Of a stretch of DNA of 64,000 nucleotides, positions 1 through 11,000 are shown in pieces. Source of the DNA: Chlamydiales bacterium (GTDB taxonomy: Bacteria > Chlamydiota > Chlamydiia > Chlamydiales > JAAZZY01); assembly GCA_965206695.1 (NCBI GenBank), contig CBDBKM010000005.1, positions 140,414-204,413 of the forward strand, read 5' to 3'. The notes beneath the pieces are model-generated. The model was given only the letters and a program-made list of their open reading frames with translations. It had not been told where the DNA came from and did not search any database. Position 1 is the first letter of the stretch; every line of letters starts with the position of its first letter. The translations under genes and the position numbers were made by a program.

Positions 1-133
1 TCCGGACTTAAATCCTATAGAAAAATATTGGGCTAATATGAAAAATAAAGTTAGAGAGATATTACGAAAAGTTACGAATTTTAAATTCGCCATTGATCAA
101 GCAATCTTATCAATATAAAATTAAATGACTATA
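1..133 (+). mobile_element. IS630-family element type A, 3' end (cut by the window edge)
   Basis: Identical to the 3' end of the copy at 2800-3738 (PDLNPIEKYWANMK... and terminus AAATTAAATGACTA-TA). Confidence 0.95.
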
Positions 134-470
134 CATGTTCTAGGATAGGAAAAAACATTTTTACCCAACGACACGGCTGGCTCTGCGATCAGCTTGAAAA
201 ACATACCTGCCGAATCATAGGTGAGACAGACCTTTAGATAAAATAAGATAAAAAAAAATTTTGCCTTAACATTTCGTAATATTCCTTTACATCCACCTCC
301 GATACCACGCACTTTCTGCTTTTTATTTGCGGCATGGAAAAGCGCTTGCTCGAAAAAAATAATCAATTCATTAAATTGACGAATACTTACACCTGTTATA
401 GCTCTCATGGTTCGTTCTTCACGTTTAGCTCGTTTTAAAAGTCCTTCAATCATCTGCCTGCCTCTATATT
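134..470 (-). pseudogene. IS5-family (ISL2 group) transposase N-terminal fragment, truncated by IS630-A
   Basis: ORF 121..453 has the R..TG.....F..L...GGG.K..L......FFILFYLK pattern of the HTH_Tnp_4-like domain; it runs into the IS630 end. Confidence 0.65.
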
Positions 471-584
471 TTTCTGAAAAACCTTAATCAGAAAACAATA
501 AAAATTTAAACCGTAACAAGTCTACTCTATGAGATCTACAAAAAAAGGTGAAGAATAGAAGAGTACCATAAATCTATTAAGCAA

Positions 585-720
585 AATGCAAGTCTTGCAA
601 AATCGCCTACCAAGGTTGAGAGATCTCAAAAAAATCATATTTTTGCATCTCTTGTTGCTTCTTGCAAGCCAGCATTGTTAAAAATTAAGACCCACTTAAA
701 TCTTTTTGCTCTTAAATATA
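585..720 (+). pseudogene. IS701-family transposase C-terminal remnant
   Basis: Translates to SLAKSPTKVERSQKNHIFASLVA, matching the KSPT...Q.NHIFAS motif. Confidence 0.55.
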
Positions 721-1069
721 AATGGTTAATCAAGGCAAATCAGGTAACCTGTTATGAACTACAAAAATTATATGTTACTTGATTTGGCGTAAGATTGAGT
801 GAATTAGAAGAAAAGTGCATACTTATTTATCAAATATTTATTTGAAAATGCTCTTTTTTTACATTTAAACGTTTGATTTAGCATTATTTTTACTCACTTC
901 TCTTGTATTTAGTAATTAATCTCAATTCTTAAGCATTAGTCATGCAGATGTCTTTATATGAAGCTAGGATTAAATAAGAATTGTTCTTTTATTGCCTATT
1001 TCATATCATTTCTTGGAAATCAATAAATCAAGCTAACAAATTTTTAAAAATTAATGAGATGTAAAAGAC

Positions 1070-2044
1070 GTGGATCAAAAATTAAAAAAACAAGCTTTAA
1101 ATTTCGTTAATATTGGGGTAGCTTGTCATTGTCTGGCCCTATTATCAACAATGGACATTATAACAATATTAGGCGGGGGAAAAGGGATTAAGACAAGGGA
1201 TCTATCTGAACCAAATGTTTATAAAAAAACACATATTTTAAAGATTATCATTCGAGTTTTAGTTCAGGTTAATGTCTTAGAACTAAAACAAGATGCCTAT
1301 TATTTAACAGAACTGGGTTTTGCATTAGTACAATATAGAGGTTTAAATTCTTTATTTTTTGAAGGGTATGCTGAATTGATAGGTGTTCAAAAATCCATTT
1401 TTCACACTAATAAGATCAAACCAAAAGATAGAGTTGATTGGGAAGCGATAGCAACAGCTTCGATAGAATTTGGAAAAGAAATGATTGATCCTTTTGTAAT
1501 AGAAGCCCTGTCCTCTCTAGATGTCAAAGGTACGATTTGTGATTTAGGTTGTGGGGCAGCAACACGTTTAATTAAGATTTATGAAGAAACTCATAACCCG
1601 GGTTTAGGATTTGATATCAGTAAGGAAGCGATTGAACTAGCGGAGCAATACATTAGAGAACATGCTGAAATCAAGGTTAGAGCTTTGAAACAAGATATTA
1701 CTCAAGTAGTTGGGGTTTATGAGGAGGTTGTGCTCCTCATGCAATACATGGTTTTTCACGATTTTACTCCTGCGCAACAATGCCAAGATATTATGAATCG
1801 CTATCTACAAAATTTTCCTAATCTAAAATATTTTTTCTATGTGGATATTGTCGCTCCTTCAAACTCATATCCTGAGATGTTGCCGGGATATGATTACGTT
1901 CATTCTTTGATGGATATCCCAACACGGACTTATGAAGAAACAATGGATCTTTTTAACGCAACAGATTTTAAAATGATGAAGGAGTTTTCTATCCCTGATT
2001 TGCCAAATACGTTTTTTTGGATTTTAGTGCCTAAACATTCATAA
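1070..2044 (+). CDS. Class I SAM-dependent methyltransferase, MppJ/MrsA-like alpha-keto acid C-methyltransferase family
   Basis: N-terminal wHTH/dimerisation-like region, motif I ICDLGCGAA, GFDIS; C-terminal YMVFHDF..NFPNLK..YVD..GYDYVHSLM parallels MppJ FMMGHDF..AFPNVR..LGD..GFEFGHDMM (MppJ sequence recalled from memory). Confidence 0.75.
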   Translation: MDQKLKKQALNFVNIGVACHCLALLSTMDIITILGGGKGIKTRDLSEPNVYKKTHILKIIIRVLVQVNVLELKQDAYYLTELGFALVQYRGLNSLFFEGYAELIGVQKSIFHTNKIKPKDRVDWEAIATASIEFGKEMIDPFVIEALSSLDVKGTICDLGCGAATRLIKIYEETHNPGLGFDISKEAIELAEQYIREHAEIKVRALKQDITQVVGVYEEVVLLMQYMVFHDFTPAQQCQDIMNRYLQNFPNLKYFFYVDIVAPSNSYPEMLPGYDYVHSLMDIPTRTYEETMDLFNATDFKMMKEFSIPDLPNTFFWILVPKHS

Positions 2045-2051
2045 TCTTCCC

Positions 2052-2575
2052 GGGGCTGTCCCATTAAAATAATTTTTCTAAATTAATTCGTTTTTCATTC
2101 ATTCTCTCTGTATTAAATACAATCTTTGGAGAGAGAGAATGAATAGAGTTATCCCGTTTTTAGAAAGCCTTGAGACACTTGAAGACCCTAGAATTGATAG
2201 AAAAAAGTTATACCCGTTAAATGAGATCTTACTTATTACACTCTCTGCTGTTATTTGTAGAGCAGACAGTTGGAGGGATTTAGTTACATTTGGAGAAGAA
2301 AAGCTTGAACATTTGAAACGTTATCTTCCTTTTAAACATTTCGATTAACCCCGAAAAGTTTAAAACCTGTTTTTTATCTTGGATAGATTCTTTTCAAAGA
2401 GTTTTTAAAACAGTAACCATTGACGGCAAGACACGAAGACGTAGTCATGATAAGATTCATAATCAATCAGCTATTCATTTAGTTAGTGCTTTTGCCACGG
2501 AAGCAAGACTTGTATTGGGTCAGTTAAAAGTTTCTGATCAATCAAATGAAATAACAACCGCTATCCGTAATCATT
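2052..2575 (+). pseudogene. ISAs1-family transposase remnant
   Basis: LEDPRIDRKKLYPLNEILLITLSAVIC..W, then out-of-frame VTIDGKT..IHLVSAFATEARLVLGQ..SNEIT. Confidence 0.85.
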
Positions 2576-2799
2576 AGGGAACTCATACTTTAGACTTAAT
2601 CTTAATAACCTGAATTTTTGGTTTAAGTCATTAACGTTTAATTGATAGTATGGATAAAAGCAAAAGCTACCCTATTTCACAAATATAAGCAAGTACTGCG
2701 GACAATAACAAGTTTTTTTTAAAATAAAAATCAAGTTATCTATTTTTGATACAGTAAGATAAATTTAAAATTTCAGGGTATAAAACCCAAAACTTAGGT

Positions 2800-3738
2800 T
2801 ATAGTATTTTAATTTTTATTTGATAATATGTTATCCTTCTTTTTTTATACAAACAGTAAGGATAAAACAATGCCTAGAGCCTATTCAGTAGATCTTCGAG
2901 AGAAAGTATTACAACATATAGAAAAACATCATGATAAAAAAACAGCCGGCCATATTTTTCAAGTAGGTATCGCAACAATATATCGATGGATCTTGCAAAA
3001 AAAGCAAAAAGGACATTTAAAGCCAATCCGCAGAAAATATGCTTATAAGAAATTAGATGATGAGTTGTTATCTAAATATGTAGAAAAACATCCGGATTAT
3101 TTTTTATCGGAAATTGCTGATTATTTTTCAGTCACTCCGCAAACGATTTTTTATGCCCTTAAAAGATTAAAAATTACACGAAAAAAAAAACTACTCGCTA
3201 TAAGGAAAGAGATGAAAAGAAACGGGAAGCTTTTATGAAAGATTTAAAAAATATTCCCTTTGACAAGAGAATTTATCTCGATGAAACCGGGATTCATCAA
3301 TTTTTATTTCGTGAGTCCGGAAGAAGCTTACGCGGCAAAAAAGTTTTTGGAGCGGTTTCAGGAAACCGCTTTATAAGGCAAAATATTATTTCAGCCCTAT
3401 CTAAAGGGCAGTTTTTGTCTCCAATGTGTTTTGAAGGTACTTGTAATACCGGGTTATTCAATATTTGGCTTAAGGAAGTTTTGACTCCTCAGCTTACACC
3501 CGGTAGTGTTCTTATTCTTGACAATGCCGGTTTTCACAAGTCAGCGGAAAGCAGGAAAACAGTAGAATCTGCCGGTTGTAAGCTTATGTTTCTTCCTCCC
3601 TATTCTCCGGACTTAAATCCTATAGAAAAATATTGGGCTAATATGAAAAATAAAGTTAGAGAGATATTACGAAAAGTTACGAATTTTAAATTCGCCATTG
3701 ATCAAGCAATCTTATCAATATAAAATTAAATGACTATA
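2800..3738 (+). mobile_element. IS630-A, full length, apparently intact (orfA 2870-3238, orfB 3235-3723, A10 frameshift site)
   Basis: TA on both flanks; imperfect IRs TAGTATTTTAATTTT / AAATTAAATGACTA; MPRAYSVDLREKV HTH; DDE motifs YLDET, LDNAGFH, PPYSPDLNPIE. Confidence 0.97.
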
Positions 3739-3873
3739 ATACAGAAAAAATGTTAATAGGATAGCCCCGGCAAAGATAAAATAAGATTGACACAGAAGTG
3801 TAAAAAAATCAAATATGGCATCTAAGAATCTTATTCAAACTATAACAACGGATTATGAAGGATAATTCATCCA

Positions 3874-5073
3874 GTGAAATTTATAGACAATTCTATTTCA
3901 AATAACCACATCCATCGGGGCATTGTATTTCTTCTTATCATCCTCCTCTTCTTTATTTTTTTAGATGAGGTCATAGATATTAATTTCATTCATGCCGCTA
4001 AAAATAATTTTAATCTTATCTACCTTCTTTTCATACTTCAAGCAATCTTTGCACCTCTACAATCCGGATTTTCGGATTACTTTTGCCGCAAAAAAAGTAT
4101 CATTCTCTCTCTTATCGCCAATTTTTTTAGTCTCAGTTTAATAAGCCATTCAAATGTCGGCGGACCAATTTTTTTAATCATTGCTATTATCATAAAAGGA
4201 GTCTTAGGTAATACTTTACCGATGGCATGGGCCGCTATTTCTGATATTACACCACGTAAGGCCCTTCGTTTTGCGTTAGCTCTATCCATATTTGCAATAG
4301 CTTTTGGGGCATGGATATCCTTATTTGTGATATCAATAATTTCCACATATACGTTATTTCTCATTCTTTCCATTGATCTTGCTTTTTCTCTTATTTTAGC
4401 TGTTTTTTACTTTCAAGATACTAAGGATTATAGACAATATCCTCAAAAAGTTAAAAAATCATTTTGGCGTTTAGTCGCTGCCGAACCTGCTGCACTATAT
4501 GCTTTAGCTTCTAAACCAACCATTTTGTTTGCATTATTGGCTTTTTTCTTTTCAGAAATCGCATTTTATCAGATTTTTTTTAGACTAGAGGTCTTTGGTA
4601 TAGGCTATTACTTAAAAAGTACTCCCTTTGCAATAGGGATCGCTTACCTTATAGGCACTATTCTAATGAGATTTATTAAGTTCAAAGACAGTATTCTCTT
4701 TGTTTGTGCATTAACTTTAATTAGCATTATAATGCTATTAATGTCTCTCTTGATCTATCTAAATATAACAGACAGATTATTTCTGGGACTATTTACCAGC
4801 GCTTATACCTTTGGTTATGTTTTCTTTGTTCCAAGCCTTGTTTCATTCATAACTTCACATAAAAAAAATCCACATGATCAGGGAAAAGTTTACGGAATTA
4901 TTAGCTCCGTGGATATTTTAGCAAGCCTTGCGACTTTTATCGTCATTTTTTTATGCGAAAGGGGAAGTTTAACAACGATATTCGGCATATCTGCATTTTT
5001 TATTCTTATCAGTTATATTTGTCTTTTATTATTACTGATATTTGACACATCTCAAAACAAACACTTAAGCTGA
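3874..5073 (+). CDS. MFS transporter (DHA1/TetA-like exporter)
   Basis: About 12 hydrophobic segments; motif A-like SGFSDYFCRKK; DQGKVYG..SS motif in the C-terminal half. Confidence 0.85.
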   Translation: MKFIDNSISNNHIHRGIVFLLIILLFFIFLDEVIDINFIHAAKNNFNLIYLLFILQAIFAPLQSGFSDYFCRKKSIILSLIANFFSLSLISHSNVGGPIFLIIAIIIKGVLGNTLPMAWAAISDITPRKALRFALALSIFAIAFGAWISLFVISIISTYTLFLILSIDLAFSLILAVFYFQDTKDYRQYPQKVKKSFWRLVAAEPAALYALASKPTILFALLAFFFSEIAFYQIFFRLEVFGIGYYLKSTPFAIGIAYLIGTILMRFIKFKDSILFVCALTLISIIMLLMSLLIYLNITDRLFLGLFTSAYTFGYVFFVPSLVSFITSHKKNPHDQGKVYGIISSVDILASLATFIVIFLCERGSLTTIFGISAFFILISYICLLLLLIFDTSQNKHLS

Positions 5074-5089
5074 AAAGAGACTAAAATCA

Positions 5090-6115
5090 TCATCCAACAG
5101 CATTTTCTAAACAGATCTCTTTCAAAGCCTTTATCCAGAATGAATTAGCATTAAGCCCTTTAACTAAATCTAGGGTATCCCCTCCCATTTTTTTAAATTG
5201 AGATTGATACTCCCCCTCAATTTCAAAAATGGTTTCCAAACAATCAGAGACAAAAGCAGGACAAAAAACCAGAATTTTTTTCTTCTTTTTTTGAATCATC
5301 TCTTTCAAAACATCATTAAAATAAGGTTCTAGCCACGGATCAGAACCTAGGCGAGATTGAAAACAGATGGAATACTGTTCTTTTGTTAGACCTAAAGAAT
5401 CAACCAATATTTTGGTTGTTTTATGACATTGAGCGGAATAACAAAATTGATTTCTTTCATCATTTTTCTGACAACAATCTTTTGTGCCTAGACAAAAATT
5501 GTTGGTATCCGCTTTTTTTATTTGCCTGATAGGCAACCCATGAAAACTAAATAGAATGTGGTCATAAAAGCTAAGGTCATAGTCTTTTGCTAACCTAACG
5601 TAGGAAGAGATGAAAGAGGAGTGATCAAAAAATTGATTAATAAAACTTAACTTCGAATAAGCTTGCCAAGATTTAATCTCTTTCATCACTTTTTCATAAA
5701 TGGAACCCACCGTAGCTGATGCATATTGAGGAAACAGTGGAACAACTATAATATGAGCAACATTTTTACTTCTAAGACGATTTAAACCTTGTTTAATACC
5801 GGGCTCTTGATACCTCATAGCAAGTTCAACGTGAAACTCATCTCCCAGCAAATCATTTAAGCCTTTTGTAAGTTGATTACCGTAAACTAAAAGAGGAGAA
5901 CCTTCATCTGTCCAAATAGATCGATACATTTTATAGGTATTAAAAGAACGAAAAGGAACAATAAGGCCTTTTACCAATATACTTCTGAAAAAAGAGGGTA
6001 TGTCAATAACTCTAGAATCCATTAAAAACTCATTTAGATAGCTTCTAATAGCTTTTAGAGTGCACGCCTTCGGTGTACCTAAATTAACTAATAATATGCC
6101 TGTTTTATTTTTCAT
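5090..6115 (-). CDS. hemH: Ferrochelatase
   Basis: GILLVNLGTP, PLFPQYAS, FSFHGLP, FQSRLG..WLEPY, FVSDCLETIFEI motifs. Confidence 0.97.
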   Translation of the reverse strand: MKNKTGILLVNLGTPKACTLKAIRSYLNEFLMDSRVIDIPSFFRSILVKGLIVPFRSFNTYKMYRSIWTDEGSPLLVYGNQLTKGLNDLLGDEFHVELAMRYQEPGIKQGLNRLRSKNVAHIIVVPLFPQYASATVGSIYEKVMKEIKSWQAYSKLSFINQFFDHSSFISSYVRLAKDYDLSFYDHILFSFHGLPIRQIKKADTNNFCLGTKDCCQKNDERNQFCYSAQCHKTTKILVDSLGLTKEQYSICFQSRLGSDPWLEPYFNDVLKEMIQKKKKKILVFCPAFVSDCLETIFEIEGEYQSQFKKMGGDTLDLVKGLNANSFWIKALKEICLENAVG

Positions 6116-6229
6116 TACTCAAGTAATAGGGATGTGAAAAAGTAAAACCCTTTTTAATAATTGTATCATTGGATACTTTTTTATTCCCTCCATGTGGAGA
6201 TTGCTGCGAGGTATCCCGTTTATGTTTTC

Positions 6230-6345
6230 TTGACAGCTCCCAACCCTAAAGGGAAGGGATTCCTAATTCATCGACCACTGCTAACAAACAAGCTAGTCTA
6301 ACATGATCTCCAAAGGCTTACATTACCGACTGCCCTGCGGTATCG
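6230..6345 (-). ncRNA. TnpB omegaRNA (reRNA) scaffold; guide predicted from flank 6214-6229
   Basis: Overlaps the tnpB 3' end and runs to the RE hairpin/TCAA, the established TnpB omegaRNA architecture. The 5' boundary is uncertain. Confidence 0.75.
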
Positions 6346-7421
6346 AGATTAATAGATGCATTAAGATCTCTATCGTGTGTTACTTTGCAGTTTGGACACT
6401 GCCAACTTCTCACACTTAAATCTAAAATTTCTATTTGGTACCGGCAGGCAGAGCATAGTTTTGAACCGGCAAAAAATTGATCTAATTCCACTATATTTCT
6501 TCCGTACCATTCACACTTATACTTTAAAAATGTTAAAAACCGGCTCCATCCTGCATCCGATATATGCTTGGAAAGTTTTTTATTTTTTAACATCTTATTA
6601 ATATTTAACCCTTCTATCGTGATCGTTTGGTTTTCACGAGCCAACTTTGTAGAAAGTTTATGATGAAAGTCCTGCCTTATATTTTTTATCTTCGAATGTA
6701 TCGAAGCCACCGATCTTCTTTTTTTGAGTCTGTTTTTACCTTTGACTTTAGCTTTGCTAAGAGAACGTTGTTTTCTTTTTAGTCTTTTCTTATGAAATCT
6801 AAAAGGTTTAGGTGCCGTAATCTTTTTCCCTGTAGAAAGAGTTGCGAATGTCGTTAATCCTAAATCTATACCGACAGAATTATTTCTCTTCTCAAAAGGG
6901 ATCACTTCTTCTTCTACTAATAGGCTCACAAAATACCTGTCACAAGAGTCTTTTGTGATTGTTATACCTGTTGGTGTACCTAAAAAACACCTTGACCAAT
7001 GTATTTTTAATCTGTCTTTAGATTTTGCAATCTTAAGATTAACCCCATCCCAACTAAATGCTGACTTAGTTAATCGTATTGCCTGCGTACTGTGTTTGTT
7101 TTTAAAGCGAGGGAAATTTGACCTTTTTTTAAAAAAGTTTAAAAAAGCTCTATCAAGATCTCTAAGACTTTGTTGCAGACAAACAGAAGAAACTTCGTTT
7201 AACCAAAGAAACTCTTTGTTTTGCTTAAGACTTGTCAAGAATGCCGATGTTTTAGAATAACTTACATTCTCTTTGTATTCCTGATATTTCTTGATCTTAA
7301 AGTTTAAAGCTTGATTATATACAACTCCGGAACATCCAAAGCTTTTTGCAAGCAACTCCTTTTGTTTTTTCGTTGGATAGAATCTAAATTTATATGCTTT
7401 TTTGATCATCATGTATTGCAT
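6318..7421 (-). CDS. tnpB: RNA-guided endonuclease TnpB, all three RuvC acidic residues present
   Basis: N-terminal AYKFRFYPT HTH; GIDLG (RuvC-I), ITIEGL (RuvC-II), CSAC..CPNC zinc finger, DRDLNA (RuvC-III). Confidence 0.97.
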   Translation of the reverse strand: MQYMMIKKAYKFRFYPTKKQKELLAKSFGCSGVVYNQALNFKIKKYQEYKENVSYSKTSAFLTSLKQNKEFLWLNEVSSVCLQQSLRDLDRAFLNFFKKRSNFPRFKNKHSTQAIRLTKSAFSWDGVNLKIAKSKDRLKIHWSRCFLGTPTGITITKDSCDRYFVSLLVEEEVIPFEKRNNSVGIDLGLTTFATLSTGKKITAPKPFRFHKKRLKRKQRSLSKAKVKGKNRLKKRRSVASIHSKIKNIRQDFHHKLSTKLARENQTITIEGLNINKMLKNKKLSKHISDAGWSRFLTFLKYKCEWYGRNIVELDQFFAGSKLCSACRYQIEILDLSVRSWQCPNCKVTHDRDLNASINLDTAGQSVM

Positions 7422-7812
7422 TATATGTCCGGTATATATATATTGTCTATCCGGAAAGACGGAAAACCTCTAAAACAGCAGTTTTTAACCTTAGTTACCA
7501 TGTTATTTGGTGTCCTAAATATAGGAGAAAGGTTCTTGAAGGTGATATTGTTGTTCGTTTAAAGGAATTATTAGAATTAAAAGCTCTACAACTAAATATA
7601 GAGATTAACGAACTGAATATTATGCCTGATCACGTACATATTTTTTTAAATACCAAGCCTATATATTCACCACAATTTTTCATAGGACAACTTAAGGGAT
7701 ATACAAGCCGAATATTAAGGCAAGAATTTTCAAGCTTAAGATCTAGGTTACCCACACTGTGGACACGGTCTTATTATGTTGATAGTGTTGGAAAATTAAA
7801 TGAATATACAAT

Positions 7813-10517
7813 CCGACATTCCTAGACCTCTAAACAAGTTTTTCTAATTAAGCCATACATCCTCATTGCAGTCTTTCCAAACAAAACAATAATCTTTTTC
7901 CGAAGACGGGTTAAATTTGTGATCATTTCTTTACAAATTCTCCGGGAAGTCTTCTGAAAAAAACGGATTATTCCGATACCTTCCATAATTTGGAAAATCC
8001 ATCTTAATGTTGGATTTTTGACTTCCTTTCCTAATTGGTTGGGTAATGTCTCTTCTGTTTCTATCAATTTTTGTCGAAGTTGATATTGTCCGATATTATA
8101 AACCATTAAACACAATGTCATAACCATCATTAATGCTTCAATGCGTCGAGGGGTTTTTAAAAAAATAGAATCAACCATAAACCAAGGATCTTTTAAAAAG
8201 CGAAACCCTCCTTCAACCTTTTGCTGTTCTTTATATTCTTCTAACATCATCTCATCTTTATAATTTTCTCTATCGGTGTCATTCGTAGCTAAAATAAACC
8301 GTCCTTTTCTATTCATCAGTTTATTAATTTCTTCTTCTTCCCTTTCAAAGCTAGCATGAATCTTGTATCCAACAACTTGTTTTTCCTCTCCTTGTTTAGG
8401 TTTGCCTAATTTACCATATTTTAGAATCGGCAATATCTCACTATTCATGGAATATAAATGATTTTTTTTAGTCAATCTGCCCCAAGCTTTTTTAGCATCA
8501 CTTTCGCATTTAAATTCCTCATTACCCAAATGCCAAAGTTGTTTCTTGAGCTTTTCTTCTGCCTTGGTCAATTTTTTTTCTAATGATTTTATCTCTCTCT
8601 GATAGGCTTGCTCTGAAAAAACCAAAAGCCATCTTTGTTTAATCCCTCCATAAAAAGAGGTGAAGCTGCATGTTTTATATCCTTTCTCCTGATCAATCCA
8701 ATCAATTTCTTCTTCCGGTTTTTCTACTAATCTTTTTGCTTCTCCTATTATCTCGGGAACTCGGGTGAGCCATTTATAATCATTATTTTTTAAGAGCTTT
8801 TCTTTTGTGTATAACGCTGAATCGGCAACCCACTTAAACTTTGTTTTTACATCAATCTGTTGTTGAAATTCACTGATTTTTTTGATCGTCTCATGAAAAC
8901 TTGCTTTATCAGAACTATTGCCGTCTAAGGCTTCCATCCATAGAGGCATAGAACTCGGACCATTGGTAACGAGAGAAAGTACAACTTGTTTCAAATCAGG
9001 TCTATGATCTTTAGAATAACCCTGCTTAATCTCAATCACTTGCGGATCATCTTTCACTTCATACGACCCATGAACGGAAAAGCTTGTTGTATCTATAGTA
9101 TTTTAATTTTTATTTGATAATATGTTATCCTTTTTTTTTTATACAAACAGTAAGGACAAAACAATGCCTAGAGCCTATTCAGTAGATCTTCGAGAGAAAG
9201 TATTACAACATATAGAAAAACATCATGATAAAAAAACAGCCGGCCATATTTTTCAAGTAGGTATCGCAACAATATATCGATGGATCTTGCAAAAAAAGCA
9301 AAAAGGACATTTAAAGCCAATCCGCAGAAAATATGCTTATAAAAAATTAGATGATGAGTTGTTATCTAAATATGTAGAAAAACATCCGGATTATTTTTTA
9401 TCGGAAATTGCTCATTATTTTTCAGTCACTCCGCAAACGATTTTTTATGCCCTTAAAAGATTAAAAATTACACGAAAAAAAAAACTACTCGCTATAAGGA
9501 AAGAGATGAAAAGAAACGGGAAGCTTTTATGAAAGATTTAAAAAATATTCCCTTTGACAAGAGAATTTATCTCGATGAAACCGGGATTCATCAATTTTTA
9601 TTTCGTGAGTCCGGAAGAAGCTTACGCGGCAAAAAAGTTTTTGGAGCGGTTTCAGGAAACCGCTTTATAAGGCAAAATATTATTTCAGCCCTATCTAAAG
9701 GGCAGTTTTTATCTCCAATGTGTTTTGAAGGTACTTGTAATACCGGGTTATTCAATATTTGGCTTAAGGAAGTTTTGACTCCTCAGCTTACACCCGGTAG
9801 TGTTCTTATTCTTGACAATGCCGGTTTTCACAAGTCAGCGGAAAGCAGGAAAATAGTAGAATCTGCCGGTTGTAAGCTTATGTTTCTTCCTCCATATTCT
9901 CCGGACTTAAATCCTATAGAAAAATATTGGGCTAATATGAAAAATAAAGTTAAAGAGATATTACGAAAAGTTACGAATTTTAAATTCGCCATTGATCAAG
10001 CAATCTTATCAATGTAAAATTAAATGACTATAGATGATGCGTTTTTTGTAGTAAATCATGGTCTAGGGCTATTCCAAAAGAAACTTCAGCAAATAATTTA
10101 CTGCTCCCATATTTCGCAATATCATCCAAAGCATGACCTAAAGTATAATCTGTGAGATCTTCTGCTCGAAGATTGTTGCCAAGTAAATTCTCTATCGATT
10201 TAGAAGCAAAAAATTGATGTGTTAGGTAGAGACGTCTATTAGTAAACCCTAATCCATTCAGAATCATTGCAATTACTGCCTGTCCCGCACTTACTTTTCT
10301 TTGTGGATGATTTTTTAATCCGGTATCAATCCTTTCCGCTACCTTTAGATCGCTGCAAAGTGCTGCAATTAATCCATGGTGATCCATGTTCACTGTTTGA
10401 ATATTATCTCCTGCAACTTCCGGCATAACTTTTCTCCTTGTATCAAATAAAAAGTAACAGGATAGGCAATCTATAATTCTAATTCAAAAAAAATATCTTA
10501 CGGTCTAGGAATGTCGG
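7813..10517 (-). mobile_element. IS1634-family element copy 1, transposase split by IS630-A (ORF pieces 10028-10426 and 7822-9057)
   Basis: Perfect 16-bp IR CCGACATTCCTAGACC; TSD TACAAT; GYSKDHRPDLKQ, ADSALY, RIEALMMVM motifs. Confidence 0.95.
9094..10032 (+). mobile_element. IS630-A full length, inserted into the IS1634 transposase
   Basis: The empty site GTATCTAGATG is visible in IS1634 copy 2 (about 40214), so the TA duplication is shown directly. Confidence 0.97.
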
Positions 10518-10602
10518 TACAATCAAAAAGTATATACGGAATCAAAAAAACAAATAGACACTTTCATCCCACCCTTAAAAAGGTGGGGTTTCTCGTTTAA
10601 TT

Positions 10603-10917
10603 ATAAATCAATTGCTTACAATTATTTCTCTCTTTCAATGCTTCTTGGATTATAAGAGCTGTTTGAAGATAAGTATTTTCATATTGCTTTCGGGTTTTTG
10701 AAGCAACAGACACCAATATAATATCAGCTTCTTTCAAGGTAGAAGCTAAAAGATTGCCATTATTACTATCAAATAAAAAGGTTTTATTGCTAACTTTTCT
10801 TAAATCGGATAGTTTTTTTTCTGTTGTAGTGGTCGTTGTGATATAAAAGCCTAAAGACTGAATAGAAGACGCAACTCTATATCCAATGTAACCACAACCA
10901 ATAATTACGATATGCAT
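10603..10917 (-). pseudogene. NAD-dependent epimerase/dehydratase (SDR) 5' fragment, truncated by the IS605 left end
   Basis: Rossmann motif IVIIGCGYIG; the ORF stops at KQLIY, exactly at the TTAT TAM. Confidence 0.8.
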
Positions 10918-11000
10918 GTAACAACATTTAGTGGAAGGGTAATTTAAAATCCGGTTACAATGTAAAATACATTTAACCGAACCTAAACAAGGAAATAAAA

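Larger units (their letters stand above)
7445..10557 (+). pseudogene. tnpA: IS200-type Y1 transposase TnpA split by IS1634 (about 7445-7812 plus 10518-10557)
   Basis: YHVIWCPKYRRKV, HUH motif DHVH, LWTRSYY; the tail TIKKYIRNQKNK* resumes after IS1634; 6-bp TACAAT duplication. Confidence 0.9.
6230..10602 (-). mobile_element. IS200/IS605 element (IS605 group, divergent tnpA/tnpB), copy 1, carrying nested IS1634 and IS630-A
   Basis: Right end ...GGGTTGGGAGCTGTCAA at 6230 (minus strand); left-end hairpin at about 10565-10602, preceded by TTAT. Confidence 0.92.

Noticed and set aside
2828-2869. Extended IS630 orfA start MLSFFFYTNSKDKT
   Set aside because: The ATG at 2870 has an RBS (AAGGA) and gives the canonical MPRAYSVDL start.
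7311-7562. ORFs 7311-7562 and 57173-57373 (+), and antisense ORFs within tnpB (6377, 6955, 55251, 55829)
   Set aside because: Off-frame overlaps of tnpA/tnpB, duplicated only because the IS is duplicated.
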